A stretch of DNA of 64,000 bases from Lama guanicoe (Eukaryota). Position 1 is the stretch's first letter, and every line of letters starts with the position of its first letter. The translations under genes and the position numbers were made by a program. Positions 63,875 through 64,000 of this stretch are shown here, in pieces. The notes below the pieces were generated by a model. That model saw only the letters and a list, made by a program, of their open reading frames with translations, did no database searches and was not told the origin of the DNA. Location: assembly GCA_013239625.1 (NCBI GenBank), contig MU053823.1, forward strand, positions 503,565 to 567,564. The letters run 5' to 3'.

Positions 63875-64000
63875 TCTTTGATTTTAAAAGGTGGAAACAC
63901 ATGAATCTAGAAGCATTTAGCTGCTGGGTTTATTCTGTTTCCAGGTTCTGTGGCCCCAGTTTGCCAGTTCCCCACCCAGTCTGGGTTCTCAGCAGCCACC
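63875..64000 (+). promoter_or_regulatory. NANOG: NANOG proximal promoter, 5' part; the OCT4-SOX2 element and the gene are expected just beyond the window
   Basis: ATTTTAAAAGGTGGAAAC...CTAGAAGCATTT...GCTGGGTTT...CAGGTTCTGT...AGTTCCCCACCCAGTCTGGGTT...CAGC matches the remembered human NANOG promoter immediately 5' of TTTTGCATTACAATG. KLF-type CCCCACCC at 63970-63977. Synteny fits. Confidence 0.8.

Noticed and set aside
1..64000. CRISPR arrays, rRNA genes or prokaryotic systems
   Set aside because: The sequence is mammalian and no such structures are seen.

Overview
Mammalian genomic DNA, most likely camelid, judging by about 30 copies of a tRNA-derived vic-1-type SINE. The window covers the early-embryo pluripotency cluster syntenic to human 12p13.31. 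It holds GDF3 exon 1 (- strand), a complete 4-exon DPPA3/STELLA (+, 148 aa) and a complete 5-coding-exon NANOGNB (+, 223 aa, divergent homeodomain). The last ~130 bp resemble the NANOG proximal promoter, so NANOG should start just beyond the window. The rest is largely SINE, L1/L2, LTR and MER DNA-transposon sequence. The most unusual signal lies between DPPA3 and NANOGNB: a chain of phase-compatible, splice-site-bounded exons on the - strand (core ~31.8-36.9 kb, probable extension to ~44.4 kb and possibly ~52.8 kb). The chain has scattered stops and a SINE insertion, and looks like a decayed multi-exon gene I cannot assign to a known family. Gene and repeat calls come from manual translation and remembered homologues, not database searches; repeat boundaries are approximate.
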